From: an uncultured Granulosicoccaceae bacterium
Lineage (GTDB): Bacteria > Pseudomonadota > Gammaproteobacteria > CALCKW01
DNA length: 64,000 nucleotides
Assembly: GCA_937925815.1 (NCBI GenBank)
Contig: CALAMQ010000025.1
Span: forward strand, 80,186 to 144,185
Reading direction: 5' to 3'
Shown here: positions 11,185-20,184 of the stretch, piece by piece
Layout: each line of letters starts with the position of its first letter
Position numbering within the stretch: the stretch's first letter is position 1
Program-made: the position numbers and the translations under genes
The notes under the pieces: generated by a model
The model's input: only the letters and a program-made list of their open reading frames with translations
Databases searched by the model: none
What the model was told of the DNA's origin: nothing

Positions 11185-11269
11185 ATGCTAGCGCCCTGAC
11201 GGTCGCTTCGCATGGTTCATTTGCGTTCAATTTAGAAAATGACCCTGCGTGACCCAGTGCGTGCAGCGG

Positions 11270-12619
11270 TCAGTGCGGTGTGCCTCTTGTGTAGTGTTTC
11301 AGCACCCAAATTACCCGAGCACCAAGCAACAATGAGCTCAATGTCAGACCGATTATCAATCCGATCCAAAGGCCTGTGACACCGTAACCGGCGTGGTGGG
11401 CGAGCGTGTAGCCAAGACCGAAGGCGACAACCCAGTAAGAAAAAGCGTTAATCAGCATCGGAGCACGGGTGTCTTGCATACCGCGCAGGATGCCAAATAA
11501 CGTCGCCTGCAAACCGTCAGAGAGTTGGAAAACCGCCGCCAACACCAGCAGCCCAGCGGCGGCTTCTCGCAAAACGGGGTCGGCGGTGTAGAGCGCTGCA
11601 ATCGGGTGCCTGAAGACCGCTAGCAAGGTTGCGGTCAGCCCTGCGAGCGCCACGGTCAGTAGCACGCCGCTGATCGCTCGCAAGCGGATGGCGGGCAGAC
11701 AGCGGTGGCCATGTACGCGCCCGACCCGCGCGGTCAGAGCGAGCGAGAGCCCAAGTGGCAACATGTAGGCGAAAGACGTGGCGCCCACGGCGATGTTGTG
11801 TGCGGCAGAGGGCACAACGCCAATGACGCCAGCTTGCGCGGCTGTCGCGCTGAACAAGCCTCCCTCGAACAGCAGCGCGAGCCATATGGGCACGGCGAGT
11901 GTCAACAAAGAGCGGATTGTTGTGGGGTCGGGCTTGGAGAATTGATCAAACACGCGATAGCGCGCCATGCGTGGGCCCGCAATCCAAAGCAACATCACGA
12001 TCATCGTGCTCCACTGCACCGCGGTCGTGGCCCACCCGATGCCTGCGAGACCAAGCTTAGGCATCCCGAACCAGCCCAGGCCCAGGCCCAGATCCGCGAC
12101 GATATTGATCCCAAGTCCAAGCGCCTGCACCCAGAGCATGATGGCGGTGCGCCCGTCTGCCTCGCACAAATTTCGCGTTGCGATCACGATCGCGGCGGCC
12201 GGCAGACTGAACGCCGCCGGTACCAAGTACTCCGGGATGCGCAGTGCCAGTACTGGGTCCAATGGACTGTGGTCGAGCAGTGTTGCGGCGATCAGCACCA
12301 GGCCCATCAACACCGTGCCAAGGCCGGCTGCAAGCCACAGGCCCTGGCGGAATAACTCACCGACGTCGCGACGGCGACGCTCGCCGAGCAGGCTCGAAAT
12401 GCGCGGCGAGAGACCTGCGAGCAAGCCAACGCACGTGATCAAGGCGATGAACCATAAGGCGGCACCTAATCCGCCTGCTGCAAGCTCGTCGCGGCCGATT
12501 CGACCGGCAACTAAGGTGTCAACAAGGCCGTTGCTCACCTGCAAAATCTGCGCGCCCATGAGCGGCAGCGCAACGCGCATCGTTCGGCGCGTTTCGAGCT
12601 GAAGTTGATGGCGGGACAT
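11270..12619 (-). CDS. MATE-family multidrug efflux transporter
   Basis: 449 aa with 12 predicted TM helices and a typical NorM/DinF N-terminus (LPLMGAQILQVSNGLVDTLVAG). Confidence 0.85.
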   Translation of the reverse strand: MSRHQLQLETRRTMRVALPLMGAQILQVSNGLVDTLVAGRIGRDELAAGGLGAALWFIALITCVGLLAGLSPRISSLLGERRRRDVGELFRQGLWLAAGLGTVLMGLVLIAATLLDHSPLDPVLALRIPEYLVPAAFSLPAAAIVIATRNLCEADGRTAIMLWVQALGLGINIVADLGLGLGWFGMPKLGLAGIGWATTAVQWSTMIVMLLWIAGPRMARYRVFDQFSKPDPTTIRSLLTLAVPIWLALLFEGGLFSATAAQAGVIGVVPSAAHNIAVGATSFAYMLPLGLSLALTARVGRVHGHRCLPAIRLRAISGVLLTVALAGLTATLLAVFRHPIAALYTADPVLREAAAGLLVLAAVFQLSDGLQATLFGILRGMQDTRAPMLINAFSYWVVAFGLGYTLAHHAGYGVTGLWIGLIIGLTLSSLLLGARVIWVLKHYTRGTPH

Positions 12620-12651
12620 GGGCGCGGGCCGTTTGCGGGCCGCGCAGTCTA

Positions 12652-14373
12652 TCAGTCTGTCGCAGCTTGCGGTGCTTGGACAGTTATCCGCGTGGTGTGC
12701 TGCAGTGCGCCACTGGCCGCGCCGAGTTCGGTGACGAGGCGCTGGGTGTCGAGGTGATGGCCTTGATCGGGGTGGAAGCTCGCGCTCTCGAGTCGCATCG
12801 GTGCCTCGGTTTCAACCTCAACAGTTGCCGGGCCATTGCGCACAGTGGCGCGGGTGTCGCTGTGCAGCTCAACAGTGCAGTCGGGGTGCAATAACAGCGT
12901 GGTGGTGCAAGGCTGACCCGCGCCACCGGTCACGGTATCGACCAGCTCGAGTGTGTCGGCGGTGGCTTGGAATGCGCGTTGGTGGATGGGCGCGCCTTCG
13001 AGGCGGGTGTAGCCGTCGTGGGCCCCGACCAGCGTGAAGCCAGATTCCGTGGTGCTGTGGCGGCAGGCGGTGATGCGCGCGCGGCGGCCGACCCTAAAGG
13101 ATTTCCAGAACTCGCTCTGGTCCTCGCCGCCGACACTCAAGGTGTTGTGGGCGGTTGTTGCGCGCGAGTAGGCCCGCATGCTGCCGGGCATGTACTCAAA
13201 CACACCGGGGTCGGTGAACACGCGCCGGCCGGCCACACTCCACTCAAAACTCAACGCGTCGCCGTGCCCGTGTGCGGGCAAAAAGTCCGGTGCCAGTGCA
13301 GCGCAGTCAATCAGCAGCAAGTTGTCACCTGAGCGTTGACCGTAATAGCCGCTGCGCGGATAGGTGATAAGGGTTGATGGGTTGTTGAGTTCGCCAAACA
13401 GGGCCTGCCACGCCGCCAGGGCCTCGGCGGGTTGGTACGCAAAGTACAACCCTGCATCGTTGAACAGGCTCACGCCGCCGTCGGGGTGGCGAAAGTCGGT
13501 GGTCACTTGTGCCATGTCGGCCAGAGTCTCGGCGAGCTGGGTTTTGAAATCGCCGTCACGCAAGCAGACGTAGCAATCGAGCAGGTCACAGAACACTTGG
13601 TTGTGGTAGGTCGGGCTGAGCTCAAAGTGCATGCCGTCGCTGAGAATTTGCTCTTTGAGCTCGTGTCTGAGGTGGTGCTCGCCAAGTGCGCGCCAGCGCT
13701 CGGCCTCCGCCCCGTCAAAATAGGACGCGCCCCAGAGAAGCCCTTTGAGGTTTTTCAGCAAGTGGTTGCCGACGACATCCAGCTCAAGGTTGCGCGCGAG
13801 AAAGCGCAACTGCGCAATCAGCGAGCCGTGCACACGCTCGTGTTCGGCAGGCTCGAGCGGCAGCTTGCCAGCGGCCAAGCGCTGCATCCACACCACCACC
13901 CGAATTGACAAGGTGTAGCTGTTCCAGTCGTCTAGAAAATAACCCCGGCGGTAGGGCCTGGACTGGTCGATCCAATCGAGCACGAAACGGCTGGCGAGTT
14001 TGTCTGGCAGCGCCTCCAAGAATTCGTGGTAGTTGAGATTCAAGACCCACAGCAGTTGGCCTTGCCGCATGTCCTCTGGGCGCCATTCGACCGGCACGCT
14101 GAGATCGCGCGCGCGGTTGAGGAAGGTGATGGTGGCACCGTTCTCATCGTGACGGGTCACGAGGTGTTTGCGCTCTGGCAGGATGGGCAGCGGTGGCGAG
14201 CTGGCGCGGGGCAGTGCGTCGTGGTCGTGGATCGCAGTGGCCTCGGCCTGCGCCTCGGACATCGTTCGAACCAGCAACTGGCGCTTCGCGGTCAAGCGTA
14301 GACGGTGCCACAGTTGCTTTAATCGGGTGTATCGGATGGAATGCCAAAACAAGCTGGCTTGTTGCAATTGCAC
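12652..14373 (-). CDS. Heparinase II/III-family protein, cytoplasmic (no signal peptide)
   Basis: C-terminal block LPAHGHGDALSFEWSVAGRRVFTDPGVFEY is a Hepar_II_III signature. The N-terminal alpha/alpha toroid region has WVLNLNYHEF. The start is uncertain. Confidence 0.7.
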   Translation of the reverse strand: MQLQQASLFWHSIRYTRLKQLWHRLRLTAKRQLLVRTMSEAQAEATAIHDHDALPRASSPPLPILPERKHLVTRHDENGATITFLNRARDLSVPVEWRPEDMRQGQLLWVLNLNYHEFLEALPDKLASRFVLDWIDQSRPYRRGYFLDDWNSYTLSIRVVVWMQRLAAGKLPLEPAEHERVHGSLIAQLRFLARNLELDVVGNHLLKNLKGLLWGASYFDGAEAERWRALGEHHLRHELKEQILSDGMHFELSPTYHNQVFCDLLDCYVCLRDGDFKTQLAETLADMAQVTTDFRHPDGGVSLFNDAGLYFAYQPAEALAAWQALFGELNNPSTLITYPRSGYYGQRSGDNLLLIDCAALAPDFLPAHGHGDALSFEWSVAGRRVFTDPGVFEYMPGSMRAYSRATTAHNTLSVGGEDQSEFWKSFRVGRRARITACRHSTTESGFTLVGAHDGYTRLEGAPIHQRAFQATADTLELVDTVTGGAGQPCTTTLLLHPDCTVELHSDTRATVRNGPATVEVETEAPMRLESASFHPDQGHHLDTQRLVTELGAASGALQHTTRITVQAPQAATD

Positions 14374-14466
14374 AGCAGACGCCCAAGGGTGTGATATCAG
14401 GCTCAGTATAGTTGAGTGGATCTGGGCGACCGCTGCGGCACAGGCGGCATTTTGGTGACAGCGCGG

Positions 14467-15399
14467 TTAGACCGCGTCGTCGGTCTCCTTCAGCCAGTCT
14501 CTGGCGGTCAGGTAGTGCTCTGTCAGTGTGGCTTCGGCGCTGCCCGGTTCAGGCTGCCAGTCGTAGCGAAAGCGCACTTCCGGTGGCATCGACATCAAGA
14601 TGGACTCGGTGCGACCGCCAGATTGCAGCCCGAAAAGCGTGCCACGGTCCCACACCAGGTTGAATTCGACGTAGCGGCCGCGCCGGTAAAGCTGGAAATC
14701 GCGCTCGCGCTCGCTGAAGGCGCACGCGCGGCGGCGCTTGGCAATCGGGGTGTAGGCGGGCAGGAAGTGGTCACCGACTGATTGCATAAATTGGAAGGCG
14801 TTGTCGAAGCCACCCTCGGTGTAGTCGTCGAAAAAGAGACCGCCGACGCCGCGCGGTTCGGCGCGGTGTTTGAGGTAGAAGTAGTCGTCACACCATGTCT
14901 TCAGGCGCGGGTAGAGATTCTCACCGAAGGGCCGACACGCGCGCTCGGCGGTTCGATGCCAGTGCACACAATCGTCTTCAAATCCGTAGTAGGGCGTCAG
15001 ATCAAAACCGCCACCGAACCACCAAATGGGGTCTTTGCCTTCAGGAGATGCGTTGAAAAACCGCACATTGGCATGGCTTGTAGGCACGTAGGGGTTGTGT
15101 GGGTGCAACACCAAAGACACCCCCATGGCTTCGAAGGGTGCACCTGCGAGTTCGGGTCGGTTGGCGGTTGCTGAGGGCGGCAGGGTGTGGCCGGTGACGT
15201 GCGAAAAATTGACGCCGGCTTGTTCAAACAATTGTCCGCCTGTGAGCACTCGCGACACACCTCCACCACCGGATTCGCGTGTCCAGGCGTCGGTTTGGAA
15301 CTCGGCTCCGCCGTCAAGTGCTGACAAGTCACAGCACAGCGTGGCTTGCAGCTCTCGCAGGTAGTGTTCAACAGCGCTGGTATTGGGACGACTCTTCAT
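14467..15399 (-). CDS. hemF: Oxygen-dependent coproporphyrinogen III oxidase
   Basis: [19 protein letters not shown] and [13 protein letters not shown] match the HemF family. Confidence 0.92.
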   Translation of the reverse strand: MKSRPNTSAVEHYLRELQATLCCDLSALDGGAEFQTDAWTRESGGGGVSRVLTGGQLFEQAGVNFSHVTGHTLPPSATANRPELAGAPFEAMGVSLVLHPHNPYVPTSHANVRFFNASPEGKDPIWWFGGGFDLTPYYGFEDDCVHWHRTAERACRPFGENLYPRLKTWCDDYFYLKHRAEPRGVGGLFFDDYTEGGFDNAFQFMQSVGDHFLPAYTPIAKRRRACAFSERERDFQLYRRGRYVEFNLVWDRGTLFGLQSGGRTESILMSMPPEVRFRYDWQPEPGSAEATLTEHYLTARDWLKETDDAV

Positions 15400-15534
15400 G
15401 TTGTTAATTCTAGCGCGATCCCGACTGAAACTGTCGGTCTGTCGCGGGTCTCAAGCCTACTTGCGACATCAAGGTTGGTAGACTCTCAAACATCGTCGAA
15501 TTCATTACGTTTTTTTTTGTTAGAGGATTTCAAC

Positions 15535-16662
15535 ATGCCTGCTTTGCTGCCAAGCGTCGATCCAGACGGTTTGCTCGAATACTCAGTGGTCTTCACCGAC
15601 CGCTCACTGAATCACATGTCAAAGCACTTCCAGCGAGCGATGTGCGATATCCACGCATGGCTTGTTGACGCCTACGCCGCAGAGACTGCTGTGGTGGTGC
15701 CGGGCGGTGGCAGCTTTGCGATGGAGGCGGTGGCGCGGCAACTGGCAACGGGGAAACGCTGCACGGTGATCCGCAATGGCTTGTTCAGTTTTCGCTGGTC
15801 ACAGATTTTTGAGATGGGTGCGATCCCCGCGAGTGAGACCGTGCTGCGTGCTCGACAGTTGGGCAACGAGACGGCCTCGCCGTTCACACCTGCGCCGATT
15901 GAAGACGTGGTGGCGTCGATTGCCGCTGACAAACCTGAAGTCGTGATTGCACCGCACGTTGAGACCTCAGCTGGCATGATCCTGCCAGACAGTTACATCG
16001 CAGCCGTCGCCGAGGCCACGCACAACGCAGGTGGTGTGTTTGTGCTCGATTGCGTGGCAAGTGGTGCGGCGTGGATTAACATGCGTGAGCTGGGTGTAGA
16101 CGTCTTGATCAGCGCGCCGCAGAAAGGGTGGTCGTCAACACCCTGTGCCGGCCTTGTGATGTTGGGCGAGCGCGGCTTGGCCGCGGTTGAAGCCTCGACC
16201 AGCACCAGCTTTGCCACAGACTTAAAAAAATGGCTCGCGATCATGAACGCTTACACCGCGGGCGGCCACGCGTACCATGCGACCCTGCCAACCGAAGGTT
16301 TGGTCGCCTTGCGTGATGCGATGGTCGAGGCACGAGAGATTGGCCTTGAAACCTTAACGGAACAGCAATTTGCGCTCGGAGCTGCAGTGCGCGCGGCGCT
16401 GGCTGAGCGCGGCATACAGAGCGTTGCGGCGCCGGGGTTTGAAGCGCCCGGCGTGGTCGTGTGCTTCACCGATCGAGACGACTGGCAAAACGGCAGTGCC
16501 TTTGCCGCCGCTGGGGTGCAAATCGCAGCCGGCGTACCCTTGCAGGTGGGTGAACGCCTCGATTACAAATCCTTTCGCATAGGCCTCTTTGGGTTGGACA
16601 AGCTCGCCGACACTGACGCGGCAGCGGCGCGATTTGTCGAGGCGCTTGATACCGTTAAGTAG
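15535..16662 (+). CDS. Class-V PLP-dependent aminotransferase (serine-pyruvate / alanine-glyoxylate / AEP-transaminase family)
   Basis: PLP-lysine context ISAPQKGWSS. Fold-type I class V. SD sequence AGAGGA sits before the ATG at 15535. The ORF-track start at 15346 is an over-extension. Confidence 0.75.
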   Translation: MPALLPSVDPDGLLEYSVVFTDRSLNHMSKHFQRAMCDIHAWLVDAYAAETAVVVPGGGSFAMEAVARQLATGKRCTVIRNGLFSFRWSQIFEMGAIPASETVLRARQLGNETASPFTPAPIEDVVASIAADKPEVVIAPHVETSAGMILPDSYIAAVAEATHNAGGVFVLDCVASGAAWINMRELGVDVLISAPQKGWSSTPCAGLVMLGERGLAAVEASTSTSFATDLKKWLAIMNAYTAGGHAYHATLPTEGLVALRDAMVEAREIGLETLTEQQFALGAAVRAALAERGIQSVAAPGFEAPGVVVCFTDRDDWQNGSAFAAAGVQIAAGVPLQVGERLDYKSFRIGLFGLDKLADTDAAAARFVEALDTVK

Positions 16663-16676
16663 GTTCGCTCAGGGTG

Positions 16677-16702
16677 GCGCTGCAAAAAAGGTGTTGCAGC
16701 GC
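16677..16702. terminator. Bidirectional stem-loop between the convergent aminotransferase and tsaC genes (GCGCTGCAA-aaaaggtg-TTGCAGCGC)
   Basis: 9-bp perfect inverted repeat with an 8-nt loop, followed by GCGCAGCTCTTA tandem repeats. Confidence 0.5.
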
Positions 16703-16719
16703 AGCTCTTAGCGCAGCTC

Positions 16720-17280
16720 TTAGCGCAGCTTAGCGCCGTCGCTGAGGCGGAATATTGCGCTTGGCTTCTCAGCCTTGCCAAGCGGACCGTCGACAATGGC
16801 GTCGACACCGGTCAAGCCATGCAGTGCAGCGGTTTCGCGGATTGCGGGTTCTCCGCTTCGGTTGGCGCTGGTGGACACCAGTGCACCGTCAATGGCATCA
16901 CACAGTGCACGGACCACAGGGTGTGCTGACACGCGCACTGCGACCGTGTCACGGCCGCCTGTCAAAATCGCGGGGCAGTTGGCGTTTGCGGGCACGACCC
17001 ACGTGGTGTGTCCTGGCCATGTTGATTCAATTGTTGCGCGCTGCGCTGCGCTCAATGGCGCGATCCAGGCTTGCAACTGCTGAAGAGTGCTCGCGATGAG
17101 AATCAACCCTTTGTCTTCGGGGCGTGTCTTGATGGCAAGAACACGTTCGACTGCCTGTGCATCCCCGGGGTCGCAGCCCAGACCGTAGACGGCCTCGGTT
17201 GGGTAGGCGACAACGCCGCCGCGCCGGATCAGCGTGGCGGCGTCTTCAATGCCGAGCGGCGGTTTAGTCGCTGGCATCAC
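16720..17280 (-). CDS. tsaC: L-threonylcarbamoyladenylate synthase (YrdC/Sua5 family)
   Basis: AYPTEAVYGLGCDP...STSANRSGEP are YrdC motifs. Its start overlaps the topA 3' end. Confidence 0.88.
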   Translation of the reverse strand: MMPATKPPLGIEDAATLIRRGGVVAYPTEAVYGLGCDPGDAQAVERVLAIKTRPEDKGLILIASTLQQLQAWIAPLSAAQRATIESTWPGHTTWVVPANANCPAILTGGRDTVAVRVSAHPVVRALCDAIDGALVSTSANRSGEPAIRETAALHGLTGVDAIVDGPLGKAEKPSAIFRLSDGAKLR

Positions 17281-19756
17281 CTGCCGTCTTGCTCGCGGCA
17301 GTCACCTTGCGCGCGGCGGTCTTTTTGGCGCTCGCTTTTTTCTTGGCAGCGGTTTTCTTTTTACTCGTGGCTTTCTTTTTGGAGGCTGTCTTTTTTGCCG
17401 GTGCCTTCTTGGCTGCCGCTTTCTTCGCCGCGACTTTCTTACCGCGTTTCTCCGGTGCCTCGGCAATCATTTTTTCAGCGGTTGCAACGTCCATGGCCTG
17501 GAGTGCGACCAAATCTTCTTTGAGTTCTTTGGGCAACTTGGCGTTCTTGACGCCATCGCTCAGATACGGACCCCAGCGCCCGTTGAGCAGTTGGATGTCC
17601 GTGCCCTCAAATTTCTTGATCACCCGATTTCGGTCAATTTCCTGCTTCTCCGCCACCAGCTCACGCGCCCGAGCCTCGCTGATGGTGTAGGGGTCGTCGT
17701 CTTTGATTGAGGCGTATTTGACCTTGTCATCATCGCTGCAGTGGAATTTGACGTAGGGGCCAAAGCGACCGATGGCGACCGAAATTTTGTCGGCATCTTC
17801 GCCAAAGTGCCTTGGCAGATCGAACAGTTTGATCGCGTCTTCGAGCGTGATGCTGTCCATCTTTTGACCGGGCTTGAGGCCGGCAAAAGTTGGTTTATCT
17901 TCATCGTCGCGGGTGCCAATTTGCACGAAAGCGCCGTAGCGTCCAATGCGCACACTGATCGGTTTGCCGGTCTTCGGGTCAGCGCCGAGCTCGCGCGCTT
18001 GCACCGCCTCGTCGCGTGAAACCGTTTCTTCCTTTTCATTGATCTGCTTGATGAACGGCGTCCAGAAGTCGTGCATCAAGGGGACCCAGTCCTTCTCGCC
18101 ACGTGAGACGGCGTCGAGCTGGTCCTCGAGTGTGGCGGTGAAGTCGTAATCGACGTAGCGTGTGAAGTGCTTGGCGAGAAAACGGTGTACTACCCGACCA
18201 ACATCCGTTGGGATGAAGCGACGCCCGTCCATCTCGACGTAGTCTCGGTGTTGCAATGTGCTGATGATCGCAGCGTAGGTCGACGGGCGACCGATGCCGT
18301 GTTCTTCGAGCGACTTGACCAAACTTGCCTCTGAGAAGCGGGGTGGCGGCTCGGTGAAATGCTGACCGAGCTTGATTTCGTCGAGGTTGATTTTGTCGCC
18401 TTCGGCCATCGGTGGCAGGCGTTTCTCATCGTCATCACCGGACTTGGCGTCATCGCTGCCCTCCATGTACACCGCCATGAAACCCGGGTGGCGCACGGTC
18501 GAGCCACTCGCACGAAAGCTGTTCTGGGCGTCGGCGGCGAGGTCTATCGACACCTGATCAAGGGTGGCGAAAATCATTTGGCTGGCCACGGTGCGGCGCC
18601 AGATCATGGTGTAGAGCTTTAATTGATCAGGCTGCAACTTGCTTTTTAAGTCCTCGGGCGTGCGCATTGCGCTGGTCGGGCGAATCGCCTCGTGCGCTTC
18701 CTGTGCGTTCTTGCTCTTGGTCTTGTACACGTTTGGCGTTGCGGGCACGTTGTCATCGCCGTAGCGCTCTGCGATGAATCCGCGGATCTCCGCGATCGCC
18801 TCGTCAGCAAGATTGACCGAATCGGTCCGCATATACGTGATCAGGCCGGTGACTTCACCGCCGATGTCGATGCCTTCATAAAGCTGCTGCGCGACGCGCA
18901 TTGACCGGCTGGCAGAGAAGCCAAGCTTGCGCACGGCTTCCTGCTGCAAGGTTGAGGTTGTGAACGGCGGTGTCGGGTTGCGCTTGCGTTGTTTCTTTTC
19001 GACCTTGGCGACGGTGAGTGTGCCGCCGGCGGCGCTGTTGAGTGCGCTTTGCACCGCGTTTGCGCGCTCGCCGTCGGTGATGGTGAACTGCTTGACGCGT
19101 TCACCTTCGAGCGTGTGTAACCGCGCTGAGAAAGCGGCTTTTTCGTTGTGCAATGCCGCTTCAACTGACCAATATTCTTGGGGAATAAAGGCCTCTATCT
19201 CGTCTTCGCGCTCGCAAATCATGCGCAGCGCCGGGCTCTGCACGCGGCCGGCGGAAAGCCCGCGTCGGATTTTCTTCCACAACAGTGGCGAGAGATTGAA
19301 GCCAACAAGGTAGTCGAGCGCGCGGCGTGCCTGTTGCGCGTTGACCAAGTCGTAGCTGATCTCACGCGGCTGGGCCACGGCCTCACGCACCGCGTCCTTG
19401 GTGATCTGATAAAACACCACACGCTTGGGTGGTGATATGCCCTCGAGCAGGCCGCGCTCGCGCAATTCCTCAACCAAGTGCCAGCTGATCGCCTCTCCCT
19501 CGCGATCCGGGTCAGTCGCGAGCAGTAAGTGGTCGGATTTTTTCAGCAGCTTGGCGATGGCCTGGATGTGCTTTTCCTTGTCCTCAATCGTCTGATAGCG
19601 CATCGCGAAGTCGGCTTCGGTGTCGACCGCGCCCTCTTTGGGCACCAGGTCGCGCACGTGCCCGTAGGACGCGAGAACTTCGAAGTCCGGGCCGAGGTAT
19701 TTCTTGATGGTCTTGCCTTTGGCCGGTGATTCGACGATGACCAGACTCTTGCTCAT
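17264..19756 (-). CDS. topA: DNA topoisomerase I with a C-terminal lysine/alanine-rich tail
   Basis: Starts MSKSLVIVESPAKGKTIKKYLG; has the TOPRIM domain, the catalytic region and Zn-ribbon repeats. It ends in about 60 aa of KKAAAKKAPAKKTASKKKATSKKK... Confidence 0.95.
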   Translation of the reverse strand: MSKSLVIVESPAKGKTIKKYLGPDFEVLASYGHVRDLVPKEGAVDTEADFAMRYQTIEDKEKHIQAIAKLLKKSDHLLLATDPDREGEAISWHLVEELRERGLLEGISPPKRVVFYQITKDAVREAVAQPREISYDLVNAQQARRALDYLVGFNLSPLLWKKIRRGLSAGRVQSPALRMICEREDEIEAFIPQEYWSVEAALHNEKAAFSARLHTLEGERVKQFTITDGERANAVQSALNSAAGGTLTVAKVEKKQRKRNPTPPFTTSTLQQEAVRKLGFSASRSMRVAQQLYEGIDIGGEVTGLITYMRTDSVNLADEAIAEIRGFIAERYGDDNVPATPNVYKTKSKNAQEAHEAIRPTSAMRTPEDLKSKLQPDQLKLYTMIWRRTVASQMIFATLDQVSIDLAADAQNSFRASGSTVRHPGFMAVYMEGSDDAKSGDDDEKRLPPMAEGDKINLDEIKLGQHFTEPPPRFSEASLVKSLEEHGIGRPSTYAAIISTLQHRDYVEMDGRRFIPTDVGRVVHRFLAKHFTRYVDYDFTATLEDQLDAVSRGEKDWVPLMHDFWTPFIKQINEKEETVSRDEAVQARELGADPKTGKPISVRIGRYGAFVQIGTRDDEDKPTFAGLKPGQKMDSITLEDAIKLFDLPRHFGEDADKISVAIGRFGPYVKFHCSDDDKVKYASIKDDDPYTISEARARELVAEKQEIDRNRVIKKFEGTDIQLLNGRWGPYLSDGVKNAKLPKELKEDLVALQAMDVATAEKMIAEAPEKRGKKVAAKKAAAKKAPAKKTASKKKATSKKKTAAKKKASAKKTAARKVTAASKTAGDASD

Positions 19757-19773
19757 GCTCTTTAACCGATTGA

Positions 19774-19788
19774 GGGTGTGTCACACCC
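19774..19788. promoter_or_regulatory. Perfect 7-1-7 palindrome GGGTGTGtCACACCC in the topA 5' leader
   Basis: Seen directly, 18-34 nt upstream of the topA start codon on the coding strand. Confidence 0.35.
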
Positions 19789-20100
19789 GATTGTGTAAGT
19801 AATGTATACGAACGTGCCGTGCTGCGTGCTCTGGCTTAGCGCCCCTCTGGACCGCAATCAAGCTGGTATGAGTGCCGGCGGAGCATAACGGTGAAGATGG
19901 CAGTCGTCCACGTTCAGCGCGTTTCGGCTTGGCCAGATGCACGAATTGACCTGCCCAGTCGCGCTGGTGGAGATGCCTGACGGCGGCCTGTGACGGCTTG
20001 TTGTTGACCGATACGCCGCCGAATTCTCGATCAACGCAACGGCCACTATGGCTGCACACAAGGGGTCGCGCCACACATTATTATCTACAAAGCGGCAATC

Positions 20101-20180
20101 GTGCCGCGCGTCGCTACGCCGGGGACCGCGTGCCGCGCGTCGCCACGCCGGGCACCGATGTGCCGGGCGTCGCACGCCGG
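20101..20180. repeat. About 2.7 tandem copies of a 30-bp GC-rich unit (GTGCCGCGCGTCGCYACGCCGGGSACCGM) just downstream of dprA
   Basis: Seen directly: copy 1 at 20101-20129, copy 2 at 20130-20159, partial copy 3 at 20160-20180. Confidence 0.7.
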
Positions 20181-20184
20181 TTAG

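Noticed and set aside
15346-15534. 5' extension of the aminotransferase ORF overlapping the hemF start.
   Set aside because: A strong SD sequence (AGAGGA) and the ATG at 15535 match where family members begin. The extension overlaps hemF antisense.
17289-17690. Plus-strand ORFs inside topA, and similar long antisense ORFs inside sbcC, the DMGDH gene and acnA.
   Set aside because: These are high-GC antisense open frames with low-complexity translations. The sense-strand proteins are full-length homologues of well-known families.
19858-20175. Minus-strand ORFs in the dprA-topA spacer as possible Smg.
   Set aside because: The translations (Arg/Pro-rich) have no similarity to Smg (DUF494). They run through the GC-rich tandem repeat and are frame artefacts.
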